Assembly: GCA_963833985.1 (NCBI GenBank)
Contig: CAWIAD010000002.1
Span: forward strand, 1,728,001-1,792,000
Direction: 5' to 3'
DNA: 64,000 bases
DNA from: an uncultured Planctomycetaceae bacterium
GTDB lineage: Bacteria; Planctomycetota; Planctomycetia; Isosphaerales; Isosphaeraceae
Below are positions 22,817 to 31,917 of this stretch, one piece after another. Position numbers and translations under genes: made by a program. The first letter of the stretch is position 1. Every line of letters begins with the position of its first letter. The notes beneath the pieces were generated by a model that was not told where the DNA came from, ran no database searches, and saw nothing but the letters and a program-made list of their open reading frames with translations.

Positions 22817-23011
22817 TCTCTGTCGCTGAGCAGATACGATCTCTCGGGCGGCTCCCGCAACGGCCCCGATGATACCTCCGACACAGGCGAGGAAGATGAT
22901 GACGAGGATATCGGTGGAGTGGCGGTCTGGCTGGATCAGGACGAGCAGGACTCCTGCCAAAAGAGCGCTCGTGAGCAGGGACACGCCTTAGATACGTGCG
23001 ATCACTGCCAT
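22817..23011 (-). pseudogene. Small two-TM membrane protein remnant with in-frame stop
   Basis: MAVIARI*GVSLLTSALLAGVLLVLIQ..ILVIIFLACVGGIIGAVAGAA; reading frame runs into the palindrome. Confidence 0.45.
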
Positions 23012-23429
23012 AGCAGCCCCCAATCGACCGACCGGGCAGATAACTTTACGCTGCAAAGTAAACAATGTAGCGGCCGCTACGTGCTCGGTCAAGGGGCTTG
23101 CCCGAGGGCGTTCTCGCCATCGCCGATCCCACCGCGGGGCACCCGGACCTTCCGAGGCTCGACGAATAAAACCGGATGAGAACGGGCTCGACCGGGTGAT
23201 CAACGGGTAGAGCAAACCAAACGGAACGACATAGATTCGGAAGCGGCTGGGTGTCTCGGGAACACTGGTTCCATGTCACGAACGGCGCGAACCGGTCGGG
23301 GCGGGAATGGATCGATCACGTTCTCATCCCGAAGAACGGGTGTCTGCGGAAGGGAGAAGTGGACGCAACGGAAATTAATCGATGATGACCCGTTTTCCTC
23401 GTTCGTTTTCCTCGTTCCCTAGGGCGAGG

Positions 23430-23739
23430 AGCACCTGTGGACCTTCCCCCGGGTACGGGGGATCGAGCCGACGAACAACGCGGCGGAGCGGGCCTTGCGT
23501 AACGCAGTGTTGTGGAGGAAGATGAGTGGCGGGACGGCGAGCGAACGGGGCAGCCGTTTCGTCGAGCGCATCCTGAGCGTGGTGGCGACGCGTCGCCAGC
23601 AGGGCCGCAACGTCTTGGAATTCCTGACCGAGTGTTTCCGCGCCCGCCTCGCGGGTGCCCCCTCGCCTACGCTGCTGGTGTCTAATGGACGACTCATGTC
23701 GCCCTGATCTGACCGGGAATGAAATCAGTGAGCGGCTGC
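23430..23739 (+). mobile_element. IS66-family transposase C-terminal remnant with degenerate right end
   Basis: HLWTF..GIEPTNNAAERALRNAVLWRKMSGGTASERGSRFVERILSV; GTGAGCGGCTGC at 23728-39. Confidence 0.88.
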
Positions 23740-23796
23740 CCCGGCTGTTCGGCGGGTCGTCTGCGGACGTGGCGTCGAATTCCGGGAGTCAACACG

Positions 23797-24300
23797 ATGG
23801 GAGCCGGCCCATATCTCTATGTGGTGAGCTATCGCCCGCGGCCTGATGTGCTCTTCCCGGAGTTGCTCGAGCCGGAATTTTGCATCAGGACCGCGCTGGA
23901 CGACCTCAGGTGCTGGGTTTTCCTGGCGGGCAAGTATCAGCCGCCCCATCCATACAAGTGGGTAACAGATCTTTCTCGCCCACCGGAGGTCAGCTTCGAG
24001 ATTTCCAAGATCAGGGAAGGGCTGGCGGTCATCAAGGAAGAACTGATCGGATCGAATGACGGCACCCGCTCGATCCTGGATCTCGACCATGTTGCAGAGG
24101 CGCCAGGATTCAACGCTGTTGGCCCCTTGCCCGACGCGACCCTTGTGAGGCTGTACGGCACCACCGAGCCGACCCGAGAGATGGTCCTGGCAGACACGAG
24201 CTTCTTCTCGGAACTCGACCGCGGCCATGGGGCCTATATTGTGCTCTACAAGGAGGGAGAGGCCAATGAGATCCTCTTCGCGGGCTACTCATATGACTGA
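23797..24300 (+). CDS. Hypothetical protein, about 167 aa, acidic
   Basis: GGAG SD; globular-looking sequence with GTRSILD, LYGTTEPT and ILFAGYSYD. Confidence 0.75.
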   Translation: MGAGPYLYVVSYRPRPDVLFPELLEPEFCIRTALDDLRCWVFLAGKYQPPHPYKWVTDLSRPPEVSFEISKIREGLAVIKEELIGSNDGTRSILDLDHVAEAPGFNAVGPLPDATLVRLYGTTEPTREMVLADTSFFSELDRGHGAYIVLYKEGEANEILFAGYSYD

Positions 24301-24505
24301 TGAAGAGCCTGGCGAGACCTCGGTACACCGGGAGCATCAGCTGCGACAGCCGTGAACGGCTACCAGGCAATGGCTCTGTCCGGACCACGGTCGTCACTGT
24401 TGCGAGGCCCTTCGGCGCCGCTACCATGGGGGTGATCGCGAGCGCCTCTGGCCGGAGAACGCCCGCAGGTCGCCCCAGGGCAGTCAACCATGGAAAGCTG
24501 AGAAC

Positions 24506-25444
24506 ATGCCGCTCGACCGTGACCAGACAGCCCGGCGCCGGGGTGCGATTCTCGGGCTGGCGATCGGTGATGCCCTGGGCGCGGCGGTCGAGTTCCAGCC
24601 GCCGGGCTCGTTCCCCGAGGTCACGGGGTTCCGCGCGGGGGGACCGCACGGGCTGAACCCCGGCGAGTGGACCGACGATACCAGCATGGCGCTGGCACTG
24701 GCCGACAGCATCGCCGAGGTGGGCTGGGACCTGAACGACCAGATGAACCGCTATGTCTCGTGGTGGCGCACCGGCACCTATTCCGTGAACGGGCGTGCCT
24801 TTGATATCGGCATCGCCACGCAGCGTGCCCTGGGGAACTACGCGGCCAATCAAGACCCATACTCCTCGGGCGACCCCTCCAGCCGAGCCAGCGGCAACGG
24901 CTCGATCATGCGGCTGGCGCCGGTGCCCGTGGCTTACTGCCGGCTCTTTCCCGATCAGCTTGACTCGTTCGTCGAGCGCCTTGTCGAGTCGAGCCGGCCC
25001 ACCCATGCCAGCCCCCAGTGCCTCTCGACCTGTGCCTATTTCGGGGTGGTCCTCGCGGGGCTGATCCACGGGCTGCCGCGCGAGCAGGTACTCGACCCAC
25101 GATGGGAGCCCGCGCGTCAGGCTCATCAGCGATTCTCCTTTCATCCCGAGGTCCTCGAGGTTGCGCAGGGAAGCTTTCGCGAGCGGCAGCCGCCCCAGAT
25201 TCGCGGCTCGGGCTACGTGGTGCGATCGCTCGAAGCGGCGCTCTGGGCGTTCCACGATGCGAGCGATTTCCGCGAGGCCGTGCTCCGCGCCGTGAACCTG
25301 GGCGATGACGCCGATACGACGGGCGCCGTGTGCGGCCAGCTTGCCGGTGCTTTCTTTGGCGAGCCGGGCATCCCGCAGGAATGGTGCGAGGGGCTGGCCG
25401 GCAAGGAGCTGATCGAGCCGATCCTGGAGCGGTTGCTTAAATGA
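24506..25444 (+). CDS. ADP-ribosylglycohydrolase (DraG/ARH family)
   Basis: GLAIGDALG, GEWTDDT, GNGSIMRLAP and GDDADTTGAVCGQLAGA. Confidence 0.95.
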   Translation: MPLDRDQTARRRGAILGLAIGDALGAAVEFQPPGSFPEVTGFRAGGPHGLNPGEWTDDTSMALALADSIAEVGWDLNDQMNRYVSWWRTGTYSVNGRAFDIGIATQRALGNYAANQDPYSSGDPSSRASGNGSIMRLAPVPVAYCRLFPDQLDSFVERLVESSRPTHASPQCLSTCAYFGVVLAGLIHGLPREQVLDPRWEPARQAHQRFSFHPEVLEVAQGSFRERQPPQIRGSGYVVRSLEAALWAFHDASDFREAVLRAVNLGDDADTTGAVCGQLAGAFFGEPGIPQEWCEGLAGKELIEPILERLLK

Positions 25445-25692
25445 GCGCGCGACGCCCGATCCGGCAGCCAGTCCGGTCTGGTACGCCGGTCTGGCGAGAG
25501 CCGTCGCCACCCGACACTGTTCCTTCAGCAAGAATCTGAACAGTTCATAAAAATTTCTCTGGCACATCCAGAACTGCGTTGCTAGCTTCGAGAACGCACG
25601 TTTTCGGAAGGGTGACTCCAGGCACGAGGCATGGAGCAGTGAACGCCAATCAGGCTCAATACCGTTGAAATCGTGATAAGTCGAGTGTAAGC

Positions 25693-25850
25693 AGAGATTT
25701 GTTCCTCGTTCTCACGCCCCGCGTGGGAATGCCGTGTTCGACGCTTCGCGTCGATCGGGTCCGTGCTGAGGCTGGAAAATCCAAGGGAGGCAGAGCGTCC
25801 TGACCGGTGTTTCCACGCGGAGCGTGGGAACAGGTCTGCCGCAAATCTCT
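25693..25850. repeat. Composite REP/MITE-like palindromic element
   Basis: CTCGTTCTCACGCCCCGCGTGGGAATGCC ... GGTGTTTCCACGCGGAGCGTGGGAACAGG; inner GACGC/GCGTC hairpins; outer AGAGATTTG/CAAATCTCT inverted repeat. Confidence 0.75.
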
Positions 25851-26088
25851 TATCGCCTACTAGTTAACGCTATTTCAATCGTATTGCATTCAGACCCGAG
25901 CACCAGGGAACAACACGACCGCATCTGCTGAAGCCTGCCAGCGCCGACGAGCATGTCCGCCGTACGCCAGTTGCTGGCGCATCGACCGTGCGCAGGTTTG
26001 ACTTCGGGGTGTGACAAGGGAATGCGGATAAGAAGGCTGGACCACCCGCCGCGCCCCTGCCGCGCGATGCATCTGAAAGGACTCCCGC

Positions 26089-29000
26089 ATGACACGCCGC
26101 TTGCGACACCTGTGCCCTTCATCGATTGCCGCCCGGCCATCCCGTGGCAGAGAGCAGAACCGGTCGCGCAGGCGGCTGGCCCGCCACTGGCAAACGGAGC
26201 CGCTCGAAGAGCGCGTGATGCTGTCGATGACCTTCACCGTGACCAGTACGCTGGACGACGGCAGCACCGGCTCATTGCGGTGGGCGATCGAGCAAGTCAA
26301 CGCCGACCGCGGCAAGCAGGTGGACACGATCGACTTCAATATTCCAGGGACCGGGCCGTTCACGATCACCCCGACCTCCGCGCTGCCCGCCGTCACCCAC
26401 CCGGTGCTGATCAACGGCTACAGCCAGCCGGGTTCAAGCCCGAATACGCAGTCGAGCAGCGACGATGCGGTGCTCATGATCGAGCTCGACGGCGCGAGCG
26501 CGGGGTACACGAGCGGCCTGGAGATCGCCGCGGGCCAGAGCACCGTCGAGGGCCTGGCGATCGGCCAGTTCGCCAAGGAGGGAATTCGCCTCTACGGCGG
26601 GGGCGGCGACCTGGTCACCGGCAACTTCCTGGGGACCGATGTCACCGGGATGACGGGCCTGCCGAATGCCGGCTCCGGGGTGCTCATCGACGGCTCGAAC
26701 AGCGATGTCATCGGCGGCACGGCTCCGGCTGCCCGGAACATCGTCTCGGGAAACACGAATCAGAACGTGTACTTCATCAACGGTTCGTCCGCGGGGCTGG
26801 TGCAGGGGAACTTCGTGGGTCTTACGGCCAGCGGCACGAGCACGCTTACCGACTATGGCAACGGCGTGAGCGTCTTCGACGCATCGGGCGTGACGGTCGG
26901 CGGCACGGCCGCCGGCGCGGGGAATGTGATCAGCGGGCATGCCTTTGATGGGGTGGTCCTCGACCAGGCGAGCGGCAGCGTGGTGCAGGGGAACCTGATC
27001 GGCACCGATTCCACGGGTACCCTGCCGCTGGGGAACGCGGCCGGAGTGTTGCTGGGCTTCAGCTTCGCCGCCGGCAACACGATCGGCGGGACTGCTGCCG
27101 GCGCGGGGAACCTGATCTCGGGCAACCTGGGCGATGGGATCCTGGTCGAGCCCACTCTCGGTTCCGGCAACACGATCCAGGGGAACCTGATCGGTACCGA
27201 CATCAGTGGCGCCGTGGCCTTGCCCAACAGCGGCAACGGCGTGGAGATCCAGGCATCGGGGATTGTGTTGGGAGGGATCGGGGCAGGGGCCGGTAATGTG
27301 ATCTCGGGGAACGGCGGCAATGGCGTTCTGATCGATGCCAGCTACAATTTCGGCGCCGCGGCAGATGACAACGCGGTGCAGGGGAACCTGATCGGCACCG
27401 ACGCCACGGGGCTGGGCCCGCTCGGGAACGCGCAAAGCGGTGTGGCTCTGTACGGAGATTACTACGGAGCATCGGGGAACACCATTGGCGGCACGGCGAC
27501 CGGGGCGGGCAATATCATCGCGTATAACGGCACGAATGGCGTGACCGTTGGGGCTTACTCCTCCGACAGCGCGGCCGTCGATGACTCGGTCCTCTCCAAT
27601 GCCATCTTCGCGAATGTCAACCTCGGCATCGATCTGGGCAACGACGGCGTGACGCCCAACAATTCGGGTCCCTTCGGTCCCAACCAGCTCCAGAACTACC
27701 CCACGAACCTGATCGCCGTCAGCTTTGCCACCAATGCGGTGGTGAAGGGCACGCTCACCGCGGCGCCCGGTTCGACCTACGCGGTCCAGCTCTACGGCAA
27801 CATCACTCCGGACCCGTTGGGGTTCGGCCAGGGGCAGTCTCTGCTGGCCTCCTTCCCGGTCGTGACCGACTTCACGGGCACCGCGATCTTCGTGGAGTCG
27901 CTGAGCGCTCTTCCCGCGGGAGTGAAATTCATCTCGTCCACCGCGACCGACTCTCAGGGCAATACCTCCGAGTTCTCGGCGGATGCGGCTCTGACCAGCT
28001 CCACCACGCCAATCGCCGCGGGCAACGATACGTACTACACCGACCGGAACACGCCGCTGAGCGTGCCGGCGCCGGGGGTTCAGGCCAACGACATAGCCGC
28101 GGACCTGGGGTCGTTCCACTCGGTCGTGGTCACGAACCCGACGCATGGCAGCCTGAGCCTGAACGCGGACGGTTCCTTTTCATACACGCCGAAGAACGGC
28201 TTCACCGGCACAGACACGTTCACGTACAAGGATGTGGAAGGGGCGAACACCTCGAACATCGCCACGGTGACGATCAACGTGCTGCCGAAAATCTTCGTGG
28301 TGACCAACACCAACGACGCCGGCTCAGGTTCGTTGCGCAATGCCATGTTCCTGGCCAGCCAGTCGAACTCTCCGGGCACAGACACCATCAAGTTCAAAAT
28401 TCCTGGCACCGGGCCGTTTGTGATCAGCCCGCTCTCCGTCCTGCCCACACTGAACCACCCCACGATCATCGACGGCTACACGCAGCCGGGAGCCAGTTAC
28501 AACACGCTGTCCCAGGGCGACAATGCCGTCATCCTGATCCAGCTTGACGGGCTCAGCGTGCCAGGCAGCGACGGCGTGACGCTCGCCTCCGGAGGCAGCA
28601 CGGTGCGCGGGCTGGCGATCGGCGGGTTCGCCAATGGCATCACGTTGACCGGCGGAGGCGGCGATACGATCACGGGCGACTTCATCGGGACCGATCGCAC
28701 CGGCATGTTGTTCCTGGCCAATTCCACGGGTCTGGACATCGTCAATGCAGGGAACAATATCGTCGGAGGGACAACTCCCAGAACGCGCAACGTGATCTCG
28801 GGCAACAACAATGGCGGCATCAACATCGATGACGGCTCGGCGGGTAATCGGATTTTCGGCAACGAGATCGGCACGGACGCGACCGGTCTGGGTCCTCTGA
28901 GCAATTACTACGGCATCTCGCTGTCCGCGGCTCCCGGCACGATCATTGGCAGCCGCACGGCGGGCGCCGGGAACGTGATCTCGGGCAACTACTACGGGAT

Positions 29001-30210
29001 CCTGGGCGGTTTCAACTACAGTCTCGGTCAGGGGCCGGACAACACCACGATCCAGGGAAACCTGATCGGCACCGACGCGACAGGGCTCGCTCCGCTCGGC
29101 AACTTCTATGAAGGTGTGTATTTTTACGGCGGCCTCAATGTGAACATCGGCGGCTCACTCTCGGGCGTCGGCAACGTCATCTCCGCGACTCTCTACGGCG
29201 ACGGCGTGTATATCGATACGGACGGCGTGGTGGTTCAAGGGAACCTGATCGGCACGGACAGTGCCGGCACGACGGCCCTGCCCAACGGCGGTGATGGTGT
29301 GGACGTCTACTTCGCCAGCGGAGTGACGATCGGCGGGACGGCCAAAGGCGCCCGCAATGTGATCTCGGGCAACAGCGGGTCCGGAGTCTACCTCGAAGGG
29401 AGCGACAATGTCGTTCAGAACAACCTGATCGGTACGGACATCACGGGCACGGTACGCCTGGGCAACGGCTCCGACGGTGTGACGATCTCGAGTTTTTACT
29501 CGTTCTACCCGGCCGCCGGCAACACCGTAGGCGGCACTGCCTCCGGAACTGGCAATGTCATCGCCTACAACGGGGGCGCCGGGGTCACCGTTCTGGACCC
29601 GAACAACACGGGTCTGAACGTCGGCAACGCGATTCTGTCGAACCAGATCTTCGGCAACGCCGCCCTCGGCATCGACCTCGGCGGCGACGGTGTGACACCG
29701 AACCATCCCGGGGGCTTGATCCCCGGCCCCAACGGCTTTCAGAACTACCCGGTGCTTTCCTCGGCGGTGAGCAGCTCGCACAAAACCACGGTCACGGGCA
29801 CGCTCAACGGCGACGCGAGCACGACCTACACGGTCCAGTTCTTCGCGAACGCCACCGCGGACCCTTCCGGTTACGGGCAAGGCCAGACATACCTTGGCAA
29901 GATCACCGTGACCACCGACGCCAGCGGCAACGCCAGCTTCACGGCGAACCTCTCGGTGGGCGTCGCGCCGGGGCAGTTCCTGACCGCCACGGCCACCGAT
30001 CCGGCCGGCAACACGTCGGAGTTCGCCCAGGATCTCGTCGTCACGGCCACGCTCAGTCTTGGCGGGGCGGTCCAGCCGGCCGCCGGCTCCGGTACCGCAG
30101 ACGCGCTCGACGAGGCGCTTCAATCGTTTTCCATGGGAGTGATCGACGAGGCGACCATCTCCGCCATGGCCGGCGTCATCGTGCACAGCAAATCCAAGCC
30201 GGCAAGGTGA
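26089..30210 (+). CDS. Large extracellular beta-helix repeat protein with planctomycete extracellular signature and central Ig-like domain
   Basis: RRRL..TEPLEERVML N-terminal motif; many GNLIGTD..GN..GV..IGGT..GNVISGN repeats in two duplicated modules; LNADGSFSYTP..GTDTFTY domain. Confidence 0.9.
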   Translation: MTRRLRHLCPSSIAARPSRGREQNRSRRRLARHWQTEPLEERVMLSMTFTVTSTLDDGSTGSLRWAIEQVNADRGKQVDTIDFNIPGTGPFTITPTSALPAVTHPVLINGYSQPGSSPNTQSSSDDAVLMIELDGASAGYTSGLEIAAGQSTVEGLAIGQFAKEGIRLYGGGGDLVTGNFLGTDVTGMTGLPNAGSGVLIDGSNSDVIGGTAPAARNIVSGNTNQNVYFINGSSAGLVQGNFVGLTASGTSTLTDYGNGVSVFDASGVTVGGTAAGAGNVISGHAFDGVVLDQASGSVVQGNLIGTDSTGTLPLGNAAGVLLGFSFAAGNTIGGTAAGAGNLISGNLGDGILVEPTLGSGNTIQGNLIGTDISGAVALPNSGNGVEIQASGIVLGGIGAGAGNVISGNGGNGVLIDASYNFGAAADDNAVQGNLIGTDATGLGPLGNAQSGVALYGDYYGASGNTIGGTATGAGNIIAYNGTNGVTVGAYSSDSAAVDDSVLSNAIFANVNLGIDLGNDGVTPNNSGPFGPNQLQNYPTNLIAVSFATNAVVKGTLTAAPGSTYAVQLYGNITPDPLGFGQGQSLLASFPVVTDFTGTAIFVESLSALPAGVKFISSTATDSQGNTSEFSADAALTSSTTPIAAGNDTYYTDRNTPLSVPAPGVQANDIAADLGSFHSVVVTNPTHGSLSLNADGSFSYTPKNGFTGTDTFTYKDVEGANTSNIATVTINVLPKIFVVTNTNDAGSGSLRNAMFLASQSNSPGTDTIKFKIPGTGPFVISPLSVLPTLNHPTIIDGYTQPGASYNTLSQGDNAVILIQLDGLSVPGSDGVTLASGGSTVRGLAIGGFANGITLTGGGGDTITGDFIGTDRTGMLFLANSTGLDIVNAGNNIVGGTTPRTRNVISGNNNGGINIDDGSAGNRIFGNEIGTDATGLGPLSNYYGISLSAAPGTIIGSRTAGAGNVISGNYYGILGGFNYSLGQGPDNTTIQGNLIGTDATGLAPLGNFYEGVYFYGGLNVNIGGSLSGVGNVISATLYGDGVYIDTDGVVVQGNLIGTDSAGTTALPNGGDGVDVYFASGVTIGGTAKGARNVISGNSGSGVYLEGSDNVVQNNLIGTDITGTVRLGNGSDGVTISSFYSFYPAAGNTVGGTASGTGNVIAYNGGAGVTVLDPNNTGLNVGNAILSNQIFGNAALGIDLGGDGVTPNHPGGLIPGPNGFQNYPVLSSAVSSSHKTTVTGTLNGDASTTYTVQFFANATADPSGYGQGQTYLGKITVTTDASGNASFTANLSVGVAPGQFLTATATDPAGNTSEFAQDLVVTATLSLGGAVQPAAGSGTADALDEALQSFSMGVIDEATISAMAGVIVHSKSKPAR

Positions 30211-30318
30211 GAATCAGAACCGTACCGGAACACTGCCGCGCCGGGTACGTGCCCGGACCGACCTCCATTCCCTTCAACGCAGGCGTTCTTTGATCATCCA
30301 AAGGATATTCATAGGATC

Positions 30319-31878
30319 ATGATCATGTATCATCAACATTCTCGGCCGTCGGTTGCGTTCACTTGCCGGACTCTCGTGCTCATCCTGGGCCTGGCCCAGT
30401 GCGCCGGCAGCCAGGCCAGGGCCCAGGCCTGGCCGGGATACGCGGGCGGCGCCCAGCACTCGGCCCAGAGCCGGGTGGCCTCGCAGTTCCCGCAGGCGAT
30501 TCTCTGGTCGACATCGGTCGATCTGCAATCCACCGCGCCGTTCGGCTACCTGAGCATCCACTACGGCAGCCCGGTGATCACCGCCAGGAACACGGTGATC
30601 GTGCCGGTGAAGACCGGCCAGAACGGCGGCTTCCGGATGGAGGGGCACAGCGGCAGCGACGGCACGCTGCTCTGGCAGCTCGACAGCGATTACCAGCTAC
30701 CGCCCAGCTACGACTGGATCTTGCCCTTTCAAATCGTCCTCGCGGGCAACACCGCGGTCATGGCCGGCAATGGAGGCACGCTCATCGTACGGTCGCATCC
30801 GGACTCCCCCACCGGGACGGTGACCCGCCTGGCCTTCTTCGGTATCGCCAATTACAACGCCAACCCCGACGCCTACAACTCCAGCGTGCAGATCATCACG
30901 CCCATCACCAGCGACCCGCATGGGAACCTGTTCTTTGGGTACCTGGCGACCAACGCGCCGGGAGGGCTGCAAAGCGGCCTGGCGCGCATTGACCGCAACG
31001 GCAACGGCATCTGGACCAGTGCCGCACAGGCGTCGGGCGATCCCACGATGCAGAAAGTGGCGTACAACTGCGGGCCGGCCATCAGCCACGACGGCACGAA
31101 GGTCTATGTCGCCGTGAACAACGTGAACAGCTTCGCGTTCGGCGCCGCCGGCAACCTGGTGGCGCTGAATAGCCAGACGCTGGCCCCGATCGCGTCGGTC
31201 CGGCTCAAGGACGTGGCCAGCGGGCAGGACGCGTTATTCGCCGACGACTCGACCTCCTCGCCGACGGTTGGTCCCGACGGCGACGTTTACTACGGCACGC
31301 TGGAGAACCCGTTCCCGGCCACGCACGACCGCGGCTGGCTGTTCCATTACGACGCCAACCTGGCCACGGCGAAGACCCCGGGCGCGTTCGGCTGGGACAT
31401 CACGGCCTCGGTCGTGCCCCGGCACGCGGTGCCGTCGTACAAGGGCAAGTCCGGCTACCTGCTTTTGACCAAGTACAACAACTACGCCGAGATTGGCGGC
31501 GATGGCGTGAACCGGCTGGCGGTTCAGGACCCCCACGACACCATGATCGACCCCATCTCCGGCGCGACCGTGATGAAGACCATCCTGACCATCGTCGGTC
31601 CCACGCCGGACCAGTCGCTCCGGAATGCAGGCTTTCCCAACGCCGTGCGCGAATGGTGCATCAATACCGCGGCCATCGACGCCGCCAACAAGCGCGCGAT
31701 CGTCAACAGCGAGGATGGCAACCTTTACATCTGGGACTTCACGACCAACAGTCTGACGGCCCAGATCAACCTCAGCACCGGCATCGGCGAGCCGTACACA
31801 CCGACGCTCATCGGCCCGGATGGCAAAGTTTATGGCATCAACGCATCGACGCTTTTCGCCTGCGGTCTGAACCCGTGA
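30319..31878 (+). CDS. Secreted PQQ-like beta-propeller protein
   Basis: Signal peptide ending ARA-QA; SPTVGPDGDVYYG and PTLIGPDGKVY blade motifs. Confidence 0.75.
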   Translation: MIMYHQHSRPSVAFTCRTLVLILGLAQCAGSQARAQAWPGYAGGAQHSAQSRVASQFPQAILWSTSVDLQSTAPFGYLSIHYGSPVITARNTVIVPVKTGQNGGFRMEGHSGSDGTLLWQLDSDYQLPPSYDWILPFQIVLAGNTAVMAGNGGTLIVRSHPDSPTGTVTRLAFFGIANYNANPDAYNSSVQIITPITSDPHGNLFFGYLATNAPGGLQSGLARIDRNGNGIWTSAAQASGDPTMQKVAYNCGPAISHDGTKVYVAVNNVNSFAFGAAGNLVALNSQTLAPIASVRLKDVASGQDALFADDSTSSPTVGPDGDVYYGTLENPFPATHDRGWLFHYDANLATAKTPGAFGWDITASVVPRHAVPSYKGKSGYLLLTKYNNYAEIGGDGVNRLAVQDPHDTMIDPISGATVMKTILTIVGPTPDQSLRNAGFPNAVREWCINTAAIDAANKRAIVNSEDGNLYIWDFTTNSLTAQINLSTGIGEPYTPTLIGPDGKVYGINASTLFACGLNP

Positions 31879-31917
31879 GCCGTTGCGTTGCCCGAGCCGA
31901 TTCTCGAGGCCGCGGCC

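Noticed and set aside
25560..25580. Sigma54 promoter at TGGCAC
   Set aside because: No TTGC at the required -12 spacing
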